DNA of 56,410 nt from Eubacteriales bacterium (lineage in GTDB: Bacteria; Bacillota; Clostridia; Oscillospirales; CAG-272). The position numbers and the translations under genes are program-made. The stretch lies in the NCBI GenBank assembly GCA_045658525.1, contig JAZOVD010000035.1, forward strand, positions 1 to 56,410, in the 5' to 3' direction. Below, piece after piece: positions 9,101 to 18,200 of the stretch; positions within the stretch are counted from its first letter, which is position 1, and each line of letters starts with the position of its first letter. The notes below the pieces were generated by a model. It was not told the origin of the DNA, did not search any database, and worked only from the letters and a program-made list of their open reading frames with translations.

Positions 9101-10753
9101 GCTATGCGAAATATGCTCGGGTACAGTACAGGTAAGCGTAGGATCACATTCAGCCGAGTGAACGTGCGCCTTTCCGCATATCGCGGTATAACAGTCATCG
9201 TTATGAGTATGTCCCACGGGAACAGAGCATTTTCCCTCTGCCTTGAAGGTTATGGTGTATCTGTTTCTTGTATAATAAACGTTTACAACGGTACTTCCGT
9301 CACCCTCTACCATAACGTTATGGTCGGTCATAGCGGAATTGTAGGTGAAATAGTCAACGTCAGTAACTCCCGCGACCTCGGATATGCGGTCCGCTCCGTT
9401 TACGTAAGAGCCTGACATCGCCGCTATCCCGTCAAGATAACCCCAATAGCTGTAACCGTTATCGTCCGCATTCTCCTTCCAGAATACCATGGTGTATTCC
9501 GTTTCCTGCGTTATCCAGCGCGCGCGGTAGGTGAGATTAGCGTTCGGAATAACTATCGTTGAACCGTTTATATCATACTGTGACGCTTGCTCGGTAGTAG
9601 GTGCCTGACCACCGTAATAAACAAGCTCCCAGCCGTCGAAAACGTATCCGTGACGTGTAGGATCGTTCGCTCCCACGGTAGAACCGTATCTCATATACAT
9701 CGGCTCTGTTCCGAAGCCGCCGTTTATATCGAAATCTACAAAATAATAGTTACGGTTATAGCGTATCTCTACCACCGTACTTCCGTCTGCCGCTACCGTC
9801 AGGCGCTCATATTCCAACGCCTTAAATCCGGGAAGCTCTTTCTCCGTCAAGGCAAGATTTTCAGCGACAATGCTTCCGGTCAACGCTTTTCCGTATGTTA
9901 TCAGGTCGTAGTTTACCGAATAATCGTCATCATCCAGATGCTGCAAATGGTGATGCACGGCAAAGTCCACGAGCGCAGGCTCGTATATAACGTTTATGGT
10001 TATATCAGAGTTTATGTTCGTGTAACTAAGCTCGACCGTTTTCGCTTCTATGTAATCCTCGCCGCTACGTCTGAAAGGCGCGTATCCTACGACCTCAGGG
10101 CTGGTAATTACAGCACTGAAATCACTTCCCTTTGCGACAGAAGCACCGTACGGCTCGAACGCGATAGCGTTATTATCGAAAAGATAGTTTATAACTATGG
10201 AATAGGTGATATGCTCCTCATCGCTTAACGCCGCGACCGAATACTCGGAAACAGAGGGAGCGGGCTTTGGCAGTAAATATTGACCACTGCTGTCCTTTCC
10301 GTCATTTACGCTCTGAGATATTCTGACCTCTATCGACTCACTCGGATACTGATCGCTCTTATCTTTAAGAACGCAACGTATATTAGCCCTTCCGCTCGCG
10401 TCCAGCATACTGCCGACAAGCGAATAGGAAACGTCCAACGTTTTCCTTGTCGCGCCGTGTATGTTTATCCAGCGAGAGGCATCCGTTCCGCTGAGTATCT
10501 GCCACTGATATTTTACTCCGTCGGCGTTTTTAGCCGAGGCGGTCAGCGTTACCTTTCCGTTATCGGGAACTATTATAGCCGATACCGCTTCTCCGTCCAT
10601 CGTGATAGCTATATCGCTCGGCTTCCCGCTTTCCGCGGCATCCCCCTCCGCGAATACAGGAAAAGCCATATAAGGCACAGAGGTCAAAAGCATAGTAAAA
10701 ACAAGTATAAGAGTCAGGATACGCTTGGTATTTTCTCTGATACGTTTCTTCAT
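6155..10753 (-). CDS. large secreted adhesin-like protein with MucBP-like and InlB-B/Flg_new-like repeats and a His-Cys-rich segment
   Basis: AAGGAGG RBS then MKKRIRENT signal peptide; repeated GYVFDGW/YTFGGWY/YIFQGWF/YHFVGWF...YAxW and YTINYV...GEPIA/VRYLDADTG units; 10 HxH...C repeats. Confidence 0.8.
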   Translation of the reverse strand: MKKRIRENTKRILTLILVFTMLLTSVPYMAFPVFAEGDAAESGKPSDIAITMDGEAVSAIIVPDNGKVTLTASAKNADGVKYQWQILSGTDASRWINIHGATRKTLDVSYSLVGSMLDASGRANIRCVLKDKSDQYPSESIEVRISQSVNDGKDSSGQYLLPKPAPSVSEYSVAALSDEEHITYSIVINYLFDNNAIAFEPYGASVAKGSDFSAVITSPEVVGYAPFRRSGEDYIEAKTVELSYTNINSDITINVIYEPALVDFAVHHHLQHLDDDDYSVNYDLITYGKALTGSIVAENLALTEKELPGFKALEYERLTVAADGSTVVEIRYNRNYYFVDFDINGGFGTEPMYMRYGSTVGANDPTRHGYVFDGWELVYYGGQAPTTEQASQYDINGSTIVIPNANLTYRARWITQETEYTMVFWKENADDNGYSYWGYLDGIAAMSGSYVNGADRISEVAGVTDVDYFTYNSAMTDHNVMVEGDGSTVVNVYYTRNRYTITFKAEGKCSVPVGHTHNDDCYTAICGKAHVHSAECDPTLTCTVPEHISHSDECLTCGKVEHTHSDACCSAVIHTHTKSCWSSVGNASTPANAPSNPQNGQIYRRSYYYYIYIAGTWYRYNGWGASSGDIVDPRCGETEHIHGDDCCSVEQHAHTDSCYKDQLHTHGEDCYSYSCGSDPHVHIDTCLLLTCPIPVGHTHSNTCNNSGSVNTVKIVQRKYQQSLEDIWPVLDDNGVLYDDGQRWDPSGTDYYTEVLVYIANMSPGNMTLTLDESTNEPYTMNYYLEVLPGEAYTHEYGGKQYILKMTVKARYSYVTRQEDFFDIKGYVQLTSNPGFNSSNQINSSKNIDFYYARITEHMLQFNNNGIVLNDKNVSGIMYGHSLKEYEFTPDYPSNLEPNAYTFGGWYTSSGCFDGTEVNWDTITMLEGDMMLYAKWEPILHTVKVFKDATLTEQIGETQYVKHKELANAPTEAVENGNYIFQGWFYMDTVDGVQQRKAFAFNSIPVFEDMNIYAEWSSHVSVDYTINYVLQSTGEPIADPTVGSAIAGHNETFYAKAGSELYDGYGEGYYPLVNSHTITMSVDGTHTFTFEYIYVESMPYIVRYLDADTGAEVLPQKKVDNNNLSVVTETFIRVDKMMPDAYQKRLILSASGDDTDGDGILDSNVITFNYKADEVHAYYKVVHYIENISKDTYREYRSVETVGNIGESYTIDALELTGFEFNGALTKIDGVLTPVNSSQVTHELGTGGMLVEMYYDRQEVSYTVMYVDNRTGTSIIAPQNGTGFFGEQIVSYAPDLTNKGYNLVSESAKTMTLSANVTHNVIEFVYQEAVVAIKYQTVGVDGCGTLSQYSENVTAISGVANGSVPTPSAGYHFVGWFLDTAGTMPVNSSWVDPVTNKFTPQKASDAVWVDNQTYYARFDPDNTDFTISTLGTQSADSDQAFIFRIVGVSGTETENIDIIVSIIGNGSVTVAKLPVGKYTVSELTDWSWRYDTALPSREVTLSVNISSNTVSFNNSRSNDKWLDGNSISTNVFD

Positions 10754-10795
10754 AATTATTGACCTCCTTTCCTTTTTATCCTCACTTAAAAGGCA

Positions 10796-10829
10796 CAGAA
10801 CGATAGCCCGAATTCGAGCTACCGTTCTG
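10796..10829 (-). terminator. intra-operon hairpin (partial terminator or mRNA stabiliser) before the adhesin gene
   Basis: Minus strand CAGAACGGUAGCUCG-AAUU-CGGGCUAUCGUUCUG, 15 bp including G-U pairs, then UGCCUUUU. Confidence 0.6.
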
Positions 10830-10866
10830 CACCCCCGCTCCCTCAAAGAGCGGGAATGCTTTAAAG

Positions 10867-11604
10867 TTATTGCATTACAAACTGAGACGCGAACGCGCCG
10901 AGCATAGCGTCGTAGCAGGTCTCAAAGCCGAAATCCTGTACCGCACACGCCTGTATCTTTATTTCAAGCTCCACCAGCTCTTTTATCTCACCGTTATTCC
11001 ATTCATCGGGAATAGACAGAGTATCGAAAAGCTCGACCGAATCTCCCGTAGCGAATTTTTCGAGCATAAAGAAGTAGAACTCATATTTTCCATCAGTCGG
11101 ATTCGGTATCTGCACCATAGCGTAACGGTCGTTATGGCATACGTTGTCAAAACCGTTCCACGTTCCGACGTGAACCGTTTCGTCAAGCAAGCCACCGCCA
11201 AGCAAGATCTCTATATCGATAGCGTTCATTCCGGGGTATCCCATAACGTTACGAATATCGCCTTCGCCGTCCGATATGATTATTTTAGCCGCTATCCAGG
11301 CGTTTTCAGTTCCGACGTTCTTGACAGTTGGGTCTTTATGCAGAGTCTGACCGGGATATATCCTGCCGTAATCCCGCACGCTACCCATTTCTGTCGCCAA
11401 AATTCTCGGAAGCGTAGTATCCTCAACAAGGTTACCCACAGCATCGGATTTTACCGCCGCCTCGGAAAGCTCTATATACACGTTTCCTGCGGTATATGTA
11501 TTCGTTGTCTGCTTAATATCGCTGAAATACGCGAAAGTAACGCCTGTAAACGCCGCTATCGCTACACAAAGTATCAAGACAGACGATATGACCTTTATTT
11601 TCAT
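10867..11604 (-). CDS. SipW-dependent signal peptide protein (TasA/camelysin-like)
   Basis: GVTFAYFSD...NTYTAGNVYI; KDPTVKNVG; terminal ACAVQ. Confidence 0.85.
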   Translation of the reverse strand: MKIKVISSVLILCVAIAAFTGVTFAYFSDIKQTTNTYTAGNVYIELSEAAVKSDAVGNLVEDTTLPRILATEMGSVRDYGRIYPGQTLHKDPTVKNVGTENAWIAAKIIISDGEGDIRNVMGYPGMNAIDIEILLGGGLLDETVHVGTWNGFDNVCHNDRYAMVQIPNPTDGKYEFYFFMLEKFATGDSVELFDTLSIPDEWNNGEIKELVELEIKIQACAVQDFGFETCYDAMLGAFASQFVMQ

Positions 11605-11614
11605 TAACTAACTC

Positions 11615-12154
11615 CTATGACAATGCTTCAAGCTCCTGCCACGCAAGAGCAACATCGTTCACTCCCTCACGCTGGACCGCGTATGCCGTAAGCCTGAGAT
11701 TAGGCGAAACGGTAACCGCATCGAGCTGAGCCTCCGTGACAGTATCCTTTACAGTGACCGTATCGTTAAGGATAACCCCAAAGCTTACGTTTAACGTCGT
11801 AACGGGTAGCTCCCTGTAATACACTCCCACTTGTCCGTCGAGTGCCGTCCAGCCGTCCGCGACCGAATACGTAAGATACGTATCAAAGTCAGCCGATTTT
11901 TCAAGCTTGACGAAAAGCCAGCAAGCCTCGCTTCCCGCATTGACCGTTACACGCGGATCTTTTTTGACCGACGTGCCGGGTATCATCTGATACGCCGCCC
12001 CCGTGCTTTCGGTAAGTGAGATCTCGATATTACCGACTGTAAAGGTGTTTTCAAGGGGAGATGTGACTGCGATCATGTGCGCAAACGTAAAACCTATACC
12101 AACGATCAACGCACAAACCGCGACAGCGATCATAACAGTGAGCTTACGTCTCAT
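11615..12154 (-). CDS. SipW-dependent signal peptide protein (TasA/camelysin-like)
   Basis: GFTFAHMIA...NTFTVGNIEI; KDPRVTV; AYAVQ. Confidence 0.85.
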   Translation of the reverse strand: MRRKLTVMIAVAVCALIVGIGFTFAHMIAVTSPLENTFTVGNIEISLTESTGAAYQMIPGTSVKKDPRVTVNAGSEACWLFVKLEKSADFDTYLTYSVADGWTALDGQVGVYYRELPVTTLNVSFGVILNDTVTVKDTVTEAQLDAVTVSPNLRLTAYAVQREGVNDVALAWQELEALS

Positions 12155-12191
12155 CAAACCCTCTCCCCTCTTAAAAATTCAACGCTTCAGC

Positions 12192-12938
12192 TTACTCGCC
12201 GATCTGAGTTCCGTTCTCGTAAGGATATGCCGCAACGATAGCCGCCCAAGCGTGCTGTACCGCGGTCTTGCCGTCCTTATCCTCGAAGCTGTCTGCCTGT
12301 ATAGCGAAAGCGGTAAGCGTTACCTTAGCACCGCCGTAGAGCTTAACATCCGCATTCGTAGATACCTTAAAGCTGTCAAATACGTCGATCGACTGCATCT
12401 CAGTAGTTCCGCCAACGATCTTAGGCGCACGCGTTTTGTTCTGAATAGCCGTAAGATTATCACCGGAAAGCTCTGTTCCGTCAGAATTTACACCGGTGTA
12501 AAGATAGACCATTCCCGTGCTCGTGTTTACAAACTCCTGCCAGCCGTGAGCCGCCATCTGCTGCGCGATCGTGGGCGCATCCGTTGCCTCGATGGTATCG
12601 ATATTATTTCTGACCTTTACGAACAAATACGCTTCATCGCAGTTTGCGTTTATGTAAATGGTCGGGTCCTTAACGTATGTAAGACCGGGCATAAGATGGT
12701 AGCTGTTACCGTCGGAGTCCTTCATAGCACCGTTGATGTTAGGATCGTCCGCTACCTTGTCCTGACCCTTATTGGTAACCTTGGACTCAAACATGTGGAT
12801 AGCAACGTCACCTACGGTAAACGTGTTCGAAACAGCAGCGGATGCGGTCATAAACGCGATAGTTCCCATAACGGATACCACCACAAGAGCCACCATTACG
12901 ACGAGTAATGCGAAAATCGTTAAAAGCTTCTTTTTCAT
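12192..12938 (-). CDS. SipW-dependent signal peptide protein (TasA/camelysin-like, likely major subunit)
   Basis: MGTIAFMTA...NTFTVGDVAI; KDPTIYI; AFAIQ; RBS AAGGAG. Confidence 0.85.
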   Translation of the reverse strand: MKKKLLTIFALLVVMVALVVVSVMGTIAFMTASAAVSNTFTVGDVAIHMFESKVTNKGQDKVADDPNINGAMKDSDGNSYHLMPGLTYVKDPTIYINANCDEAYLFVKVRNNIDTIEATDAPTIAQQMAAHGWQEFVNTSTGMVYLYTGVNSDGTELSGDNLTAIQNKTRAPKIVGGTTEMQSIDVFDSFKVSTNADVKLYGGAKVTLTAFAIQADSFEDKDGKTAVQHAWAAIVAAYPYENGTQIGE

Positions 12939-13018
12939 TTTGCTTTCTCCTTATAAAATTATTTTCAAATTTATACCGTGCGTCCTTTCGGGCGATCACT
13001 TCAAATCAAAGGATACGC

Positions 13019-13558
13019 TTATTTGTCCTGCGTATCGTCTTCCGCCTCTTTTTCCTTACCGTCAGACCATAGCTCGGGCAGTATCATAACTATTATCAAC
13101 ACGAGGCAAAACGCAATAGCGAAATACGTTCCCGGCGGATTCTGTACGAAATAGGCGAAATATCCCATATACGGGATCGTGAAAACGGGCTTGCCGATAA
13201 TATCCTCCATACGGCGAGCGCCGCCGTCGGGAATATTGTTCGCTTCTCCCTGAGTTCTGAAATACCTTACGTTCGGATCGTTTTGGTCATATACGACCTC
13301 GATTATCTTGTGAGTAACGATCTTACCGCTTTCAGCTCTGTACGTTACGGGATCCTCCTCTTTCAAGGTCAAGGGATCGACCTTTTTTACGTATATGAGC
13401 GAGCCGACGTGATATATCGGCTCCATAGAGCCTGAAAGCACGGCGTAAGGTCTGAGCCCTATGACACGAACACCAACAAGCAATATTCCAACGATGATGA
13501 CTAATACCAGCATAACGGTCGTCATCGTTCCGAATACCTTTCTCAGCACCCCCGTCAC
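13019..13558 (-). CDS. sipW: signal peptidase I, SipW (ER-type) family
   Basis: VLSGSMEP (Ser), VTHKI (His), TQGEANNIPD, two TM segments; heads an operon of cognate substrates. Confidence 0.9.
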   Translation of the reverse strand: MTGVLRKVFGTMTTVMLVLVIIVGILLVGVRVIGLRPYAVLSGSMEPIYHVGSLIYVKKVDPLTLKEEDPVTYRAESGKIVTHKIIEVVYDQNDPNVRYFRTQGEANNIPDGGARRMEDIIGKPVFTIPYMGYFAYFVQNPPGTYFAIAFCLVLIIVMILPELWSDGKEKEAEDDTQDK

Positions 13559-13590
13559 TTATACTCACACTCCTCAAAATAATTATCTCT

Positions 13591-13619
13591 ATTATATCAT
13601 TCTACTATAATTATGTCAA
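13591..13619 (-). promoter_or_regulatory. sigma-A promoter of the sipW operon
   Basis: TTGACA-17-TATAAT with extended TG. Confidence 0.8.
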
Positions 13620-13671
13620 TAGATTAAAAACAAAAAAATATACGATTTAAGCCTCAAAAATCAACATACAC

Positions 13672-13700
13672 TTGACGTTTTCACGAAGATATGCTAAACT
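13672..13700 (+). promoter_or_regulatory. sigma-A promoter of the glycoside hydrolase
   Basis: TTGACG-17-TAAACT with TG; supports GTG 13729 as the real start. Confidence 0.65.
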
Positions 13701-13728
13701 GATAAAAACATCTCAAAGGAGACAGAAC

Positions 13729-15192
13729 GTGGCAGACATAAGATATACTGTTCTCGATCCAAAGGAACACGAGAAAAGATTCAGGCATACCATAGGAAAG
13801 CTCTCGCCATTCGAAGTAGGCATACCGCTTCTCGATATTTCAGAATGCAATATCCAAGAAATATATTATTACCGCCAACACACGTTTTGCAGACATATAA
13901 GAAGCACCCCCGAGGGCTATATAGTAACGGAATTTTACCCCGACGTTCCATGGGCGGGAAAATACAACACAATATCCTGTCCCGCGGGTCATCATCTGTA
14001 CGAGGGACGGTGGCTCCACGACCAAAAATATCTGAGCGATTATATAAGGTTCTGGTTCTCCGAGGGTGCTGACCCGAGGCTTTACAGCTTCTGGGCGGCA
14101 AACTCAGTTCTTGCCGTTTGCAAGGTCACGGGTAACTTCATTCTCGCCAAAGAGCTGTATAATGACCTCAAAAACAATTATGCCGAGCTTGAAAAAAAGC
14201 ACGGTATGGATAACGGTCTTTTCTACCAGACAGACGACCGCGACGGAATGGAATACTCCATAGGCGGAAGCGGTTGCCGTCCTACTATAAACTCATATAT
14301 GTTCGGAGACGCGAAGGCTCTTGCCGAAATCGCCAAGCTCCTTGGAAAAGAGGACGAGGCGCAAATTTATGAGAAAAAAGCCGAGGGCATACGCGAAAAG
14401 GTCAATAACATGCTCTGGGATAAAACTTCCGAGTTCTACAAAACGCTCTCCGAAAAAAACAATTACGAGCTTGCCGACGTCCGCGAGCTTGTCGGATACG
14501 TTCCGTGGTATTTCGACCTGCCCGACGATGATAAATCAGTCGCTTGGCGTTTTCTTAACGACAAAAATCACTTTGCATCTCCTTACGGTCCTACGACCGC
14601 TGAGCGGTGTCACCCCGATTTCATGAAAGAGTTCGACCACGAATGTCTCTGGAACGGTCCATCTTGGCCGTTCGCCACATCTCAAACGTTGACCGCGCTT
14701 GGAAATCTGCTCGTTAACCGTTCCCAGAACGTAATGACACGCTCGGATTATTTCCGTCTGCTCCGTCAGTACGCAATGGAGCAGCACTTGACCGAAAACG
14801 GTATTACCGTACCGTTCATTGACGAGGACCTCGACCCGTTCACGGGGGAATGGATAGCGCGCAGAGAGCTGCGCAAAATGAAGTCGCCCCCGGGCGGTGC
14901 GGATCGCGGTGAGCATTACAATCATTCGACCTTCTGCGACCTCGTTCTTAACGGACTGGCAGGGGTGCGTCCGAGTATCGAAAATGCCCTTACGATCAAC
15001 CCCCTATTCGCCGAAAACGACCTCGACTACCTTTGCGCGGACGGTATCCGCTACCACGGTCATACCGTGTGCGTTATGTGGGACAGAACGGGTAAGCGTT
15101 ACCAAAAAGGCACGGGATTTTTCGTTTACGTTGACGGAAACGAGGTCTTCTCCTCGCCCGTACCGACTGATAGCGTAACAAATCTTGTGTAA
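13729..15192 (+). CDS. MGH1-like / GH63-related (alpha/alpha)6 glycoside hydrolase
   Basis: GHHLYEGRW, DDRDGME, RPTINSYM, WNGPSWPFATSQ, YNHSTFCD; RBS AAAGGAG before GTG. Confidence 0.8.
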   Translation: MADIRYTVLDPKEHEKRFRHTIGKLSPFEVGIPLLDISECNIQEIYYYRQHTFCRHIRSTPEGYIVTEFYPDVPWAGKYNTISCPAGHHLYEGRWLHDQKYLSDYIRFWFSEGADPRLYSFWAANSVLAVCKVTGNFILAKELYNDLKNNYAELEKKHGMDNGLFYQTDDRDGMEYSIGGSGCRPTINSYMFGDAKALAEIAKLLGKEDEAQIYEKKAEGIREKVNNMLWDKTSEFYKTLSEKNNYELADVRELVGYVPWYFDLPDDDKSVAWRFLNDKNHFASPYGPTTAERCHPDFMKEFDHECLWNGPSWPFATSQTLTALGNLLVNRSQNVMTRSDYFRLLRQYAMEQHLTENGITVPFIDEDLDPFTGEWIARRELRKMKSPPGGADRGEHYNHSTFCDLVLNGLAGVRPSIENALTINPLFAENDLDYLCADGIRYHGHTVCVMWDRTGKRYQKGTGFFVYVDGNEVFSSPVPTDSVTNLV

Positions 15193-15212
15193 ATTTGATT
15201 AAAATAAAAAAC

Positions 15213-15253
15213 ACTTCCCTCATACACCAAATATTAAGGCGTGTGAGGGAAGT
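15213..15253. terminator. bidirectional terminator
   Basis: ACTTCCCTCATACACC...GGCGTGTGAGGGAAGT hairpin between convergent genes. Confidence 0.75.
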
Positions 15254-15279
15254 TCTTTTGTTACTTTTCTTTCGATCTC

Positions 15280-18200
15280 TTATCCGTTATACGCAACAGT
15301 CGCCGCGTTGTATTCGTAAAGCGCGCTCATAAGCGTTTTAAGTTCAGCACTCGTGGCATCGCTGTTTACTACCGCTTTCGCGTATGCCATAGCGTTGGCT
15401 GTGACGGTCACCGTTTCTCCGTTATACGTTACACTTACCGCATATTCGGTAGAAAGGTTAGCCGCTCCTATGCCTGCTATCTTTACTCTCAGCACGTTAT
15501 CTATTATCTTTACTTCATCAGCACCTACAACGGTGTACTTAGCTACGTCCGTATCGGTCACGGTGAAGAAGTGATAGAGCGCAGTCTCGCTTTCAAGTCC
15601 GAGGGTCGTGCTCTTGTAGGTGAGTCCCGTGATACTGCCGCTTACATTCGAGCTTGCCGACGCGTTTATAGCGTCCTTATTATCGCCAACCGTAACGTCG
15701 GTAACGATCGAGTTTGCCGGCTTATCGAGGTTCTGTCCGAACTGCGCCTGTGCCGCCGCGCCGTAGTTAAGCATAGCTTTTACGAGCGACTGAGCCTCGA
15801 TGTATTCTTCGTTATCCGTGCTATCAAGTATCACCTTAGCGTATTCCGCTACCGACGTGGTAGCCGTAAGAAGTACTATTCCGTCATAGCAAAGCTCTAT
15901 CTTTATTTCAGACGTCATCTGAGCCGCGCTTACGAGACCCTTAAAGCCGTAACCGTAGTTCGCGTCGTTTACAGCGTCCTTGAAGTACTGAACGTACTCC
16001 TCTCCGTCAACTATGAACTTAGCGTAAAGCTTATCGGTATTCGAGAACGCGGGAATGTTCATAAAGCTCTTGACACCGATGTTTCCTTCAAGGCTTACTA
16101 TGTAGCCGTTTACCGTAGCAAGCGTATTGTCGGCGGTAAAGCTCGCTACTTTTCCGTTGGTGTAGTATGCGGTGTAATTCTCCGCGTCACCCTCTACGTC
16201 ATAGACGTTCTCTTTTGCGCCTTCATAGAGGTCAAACTCAAACTGGTTCTGGTTTCTGTAATAAACGTTGCTTCCCAGAGTTGCGGTACGGTGCGTAGAA
16301 ACGTACTCAACCGCAACCTGACTTCCGTCCGCTGAGAAGTGGAACAGAGCGACCATTCCGGTAGTCGTAGGAGACATACCCTGAGGGTCGATAAGGAACT
16401 GCGATACGGTGTTTCCGTTTACGCCGATGTCCTGACGCCAGGATATATTCTCGTAAGGATCGTGTCCCGAAACGACGAGAACGATATTTCCGTGCTGAGA
16501 AACGAATTTCTCCCACATTTCGTCGCCGTTGTTAGCCGCCTTATTTCCCGTGCTGTCCGGAGGAACGACGTCTCCTTTATCAAGCGTAGTTCCGTCACGG
16601 AACATATACGCGTGAGTTGCCATTATAACCTTTCTGTCGGGGTTCGCTTCAACGATACCGCTTGCCCAATCGAGTATCTCATCAACCGCGCCAAATTGAA
16701 GCGCGATAAACATATACTTGGTCTCGCCTACCTCAAAGTTTACGTAGTAGTTACCGAGCTTGTCGGCACCGTTTGAATAGTAGCCTGTGATCTTATCGGT
16801 CATAAAGTTATCATTACCGAAATGTGTTGTAAAGGTGCTCGGGTTTTCGTGGTTACCCGCGATAAGCGCGTAATTAACGTTCGCGTCACGGAGCGGAGCC
16901 ATAGCGTTATACGCTACATCCCATTCCTTTTTAGCCAGAGCCGCAGCATCGGGGTTATTTACCTTAGCTCCCGTCTCGGTTATATCTCCAAGACCGAATA
17001 CGTACTTGATATTTTCCGTATCCTTATTATCGGCTATCCACTGATATATCTGTTTAGCATAGTCAGTATCAGTCTTAGTGTCATCAAGAGCGTTCTTTGC
17101 ATCAGTCTGAACTATCTTCTGGGTGTCACCGATAAACGCGAACGAATATTCGTAATCGGTCTTATCAATTCCGCTGACAAGATTCCAATCGGTAGTGACG
17201 TTATTTTTACCCTTGATGTCGGTTATCTTGGTTGCGCCGTCTGCGACATTACCGAGATCGTAGTAGGAAATAAGACCTGCGTCAGACGTATTTATTCCCT
17301 GCTCGTAATCAGCCTTTATCTCGTCAGCTGTTCTTACGTCGGAGAAGATAGCGAAGTCGCGCAACGCTCCCGTAAAGTACCTTTCATTGAACTTCGAAGG
17401 AGCGGTAGCGTAGTTACGCATATCGCCGCCGAGACCAAAGCCCTCGACATTTTTAGCAACTCCACTCTTGAAATCATTTGCCCCCGTTATAGTCTGCGCA
17501 AGCTCACCGTTAAGATAACAGTGTATTTCATCATTTGCCTCGTCCTTTACAATAGCAAGATGGACCCAGTTATCCGACCTGATATCTACCTCTGTGAAGA
17601 CGGTAGCTGTATTGCTGGGCAATCCGTTATAGAACAGGCGCGGATTTCCGTTACTGTATATTTCGAGTCCCAAATCGCTCTCTCTACCGCCTCCGTCATA
17701 GTTACCGAAGATAACTCCCGCGCGAGTACTTTGTGTCTTAGGAAGATAAACCCACGTCTCAAAGCTGTACGGAACTGCCGAAAGCTTGCCCTCGGTGCGA
17801 TAAAGGGTATCCTTAGTAAAGCTAAGTCCCTCGCCATCCTGACGCTTTATGTCGTAGCCATTACCGGAAAGGTCCTTGAAGTCGGCAGCCTTGGTAAAAT
17901 CATAAGCAACGAGGAGATTATCACCGTAGGTACCCGCCCCGTTTTCGTAGTCGCTCTTTACCTCAGCTGCGGTACGAACGTCTCCGTAGAGGGTTATATC
18001 CTTGATGTATCCCTTGAAACAAACCTTCTCGCTTTTGCGTGTATCCGTACCTATGTACATTGCTCTCGAAAGCTCTGACAAAAGCGTCTCGTTATACGGT
18101 ACAACCGTTCTGTTGCCTTGCGTCGCCTGAGATAAAACCAACTTTCCGTTAATGTAATAACGCAGCACAGGCGCATCAGCGTTTGTATCGTCAAGCACTA

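Noticed and set aside
12960-13018. Possible c-di-GMP-I riboswitch (minus strand CGAAAGGACGCA)
   Set aside because: Lacks the GGCAAAC element and second stem; too short
15193-15279. Third leader-type peptide after the LamG-MPP gene
   Set aside because: Only a terminator hairpin is present, so the peptide pairing is not obligatory in cis
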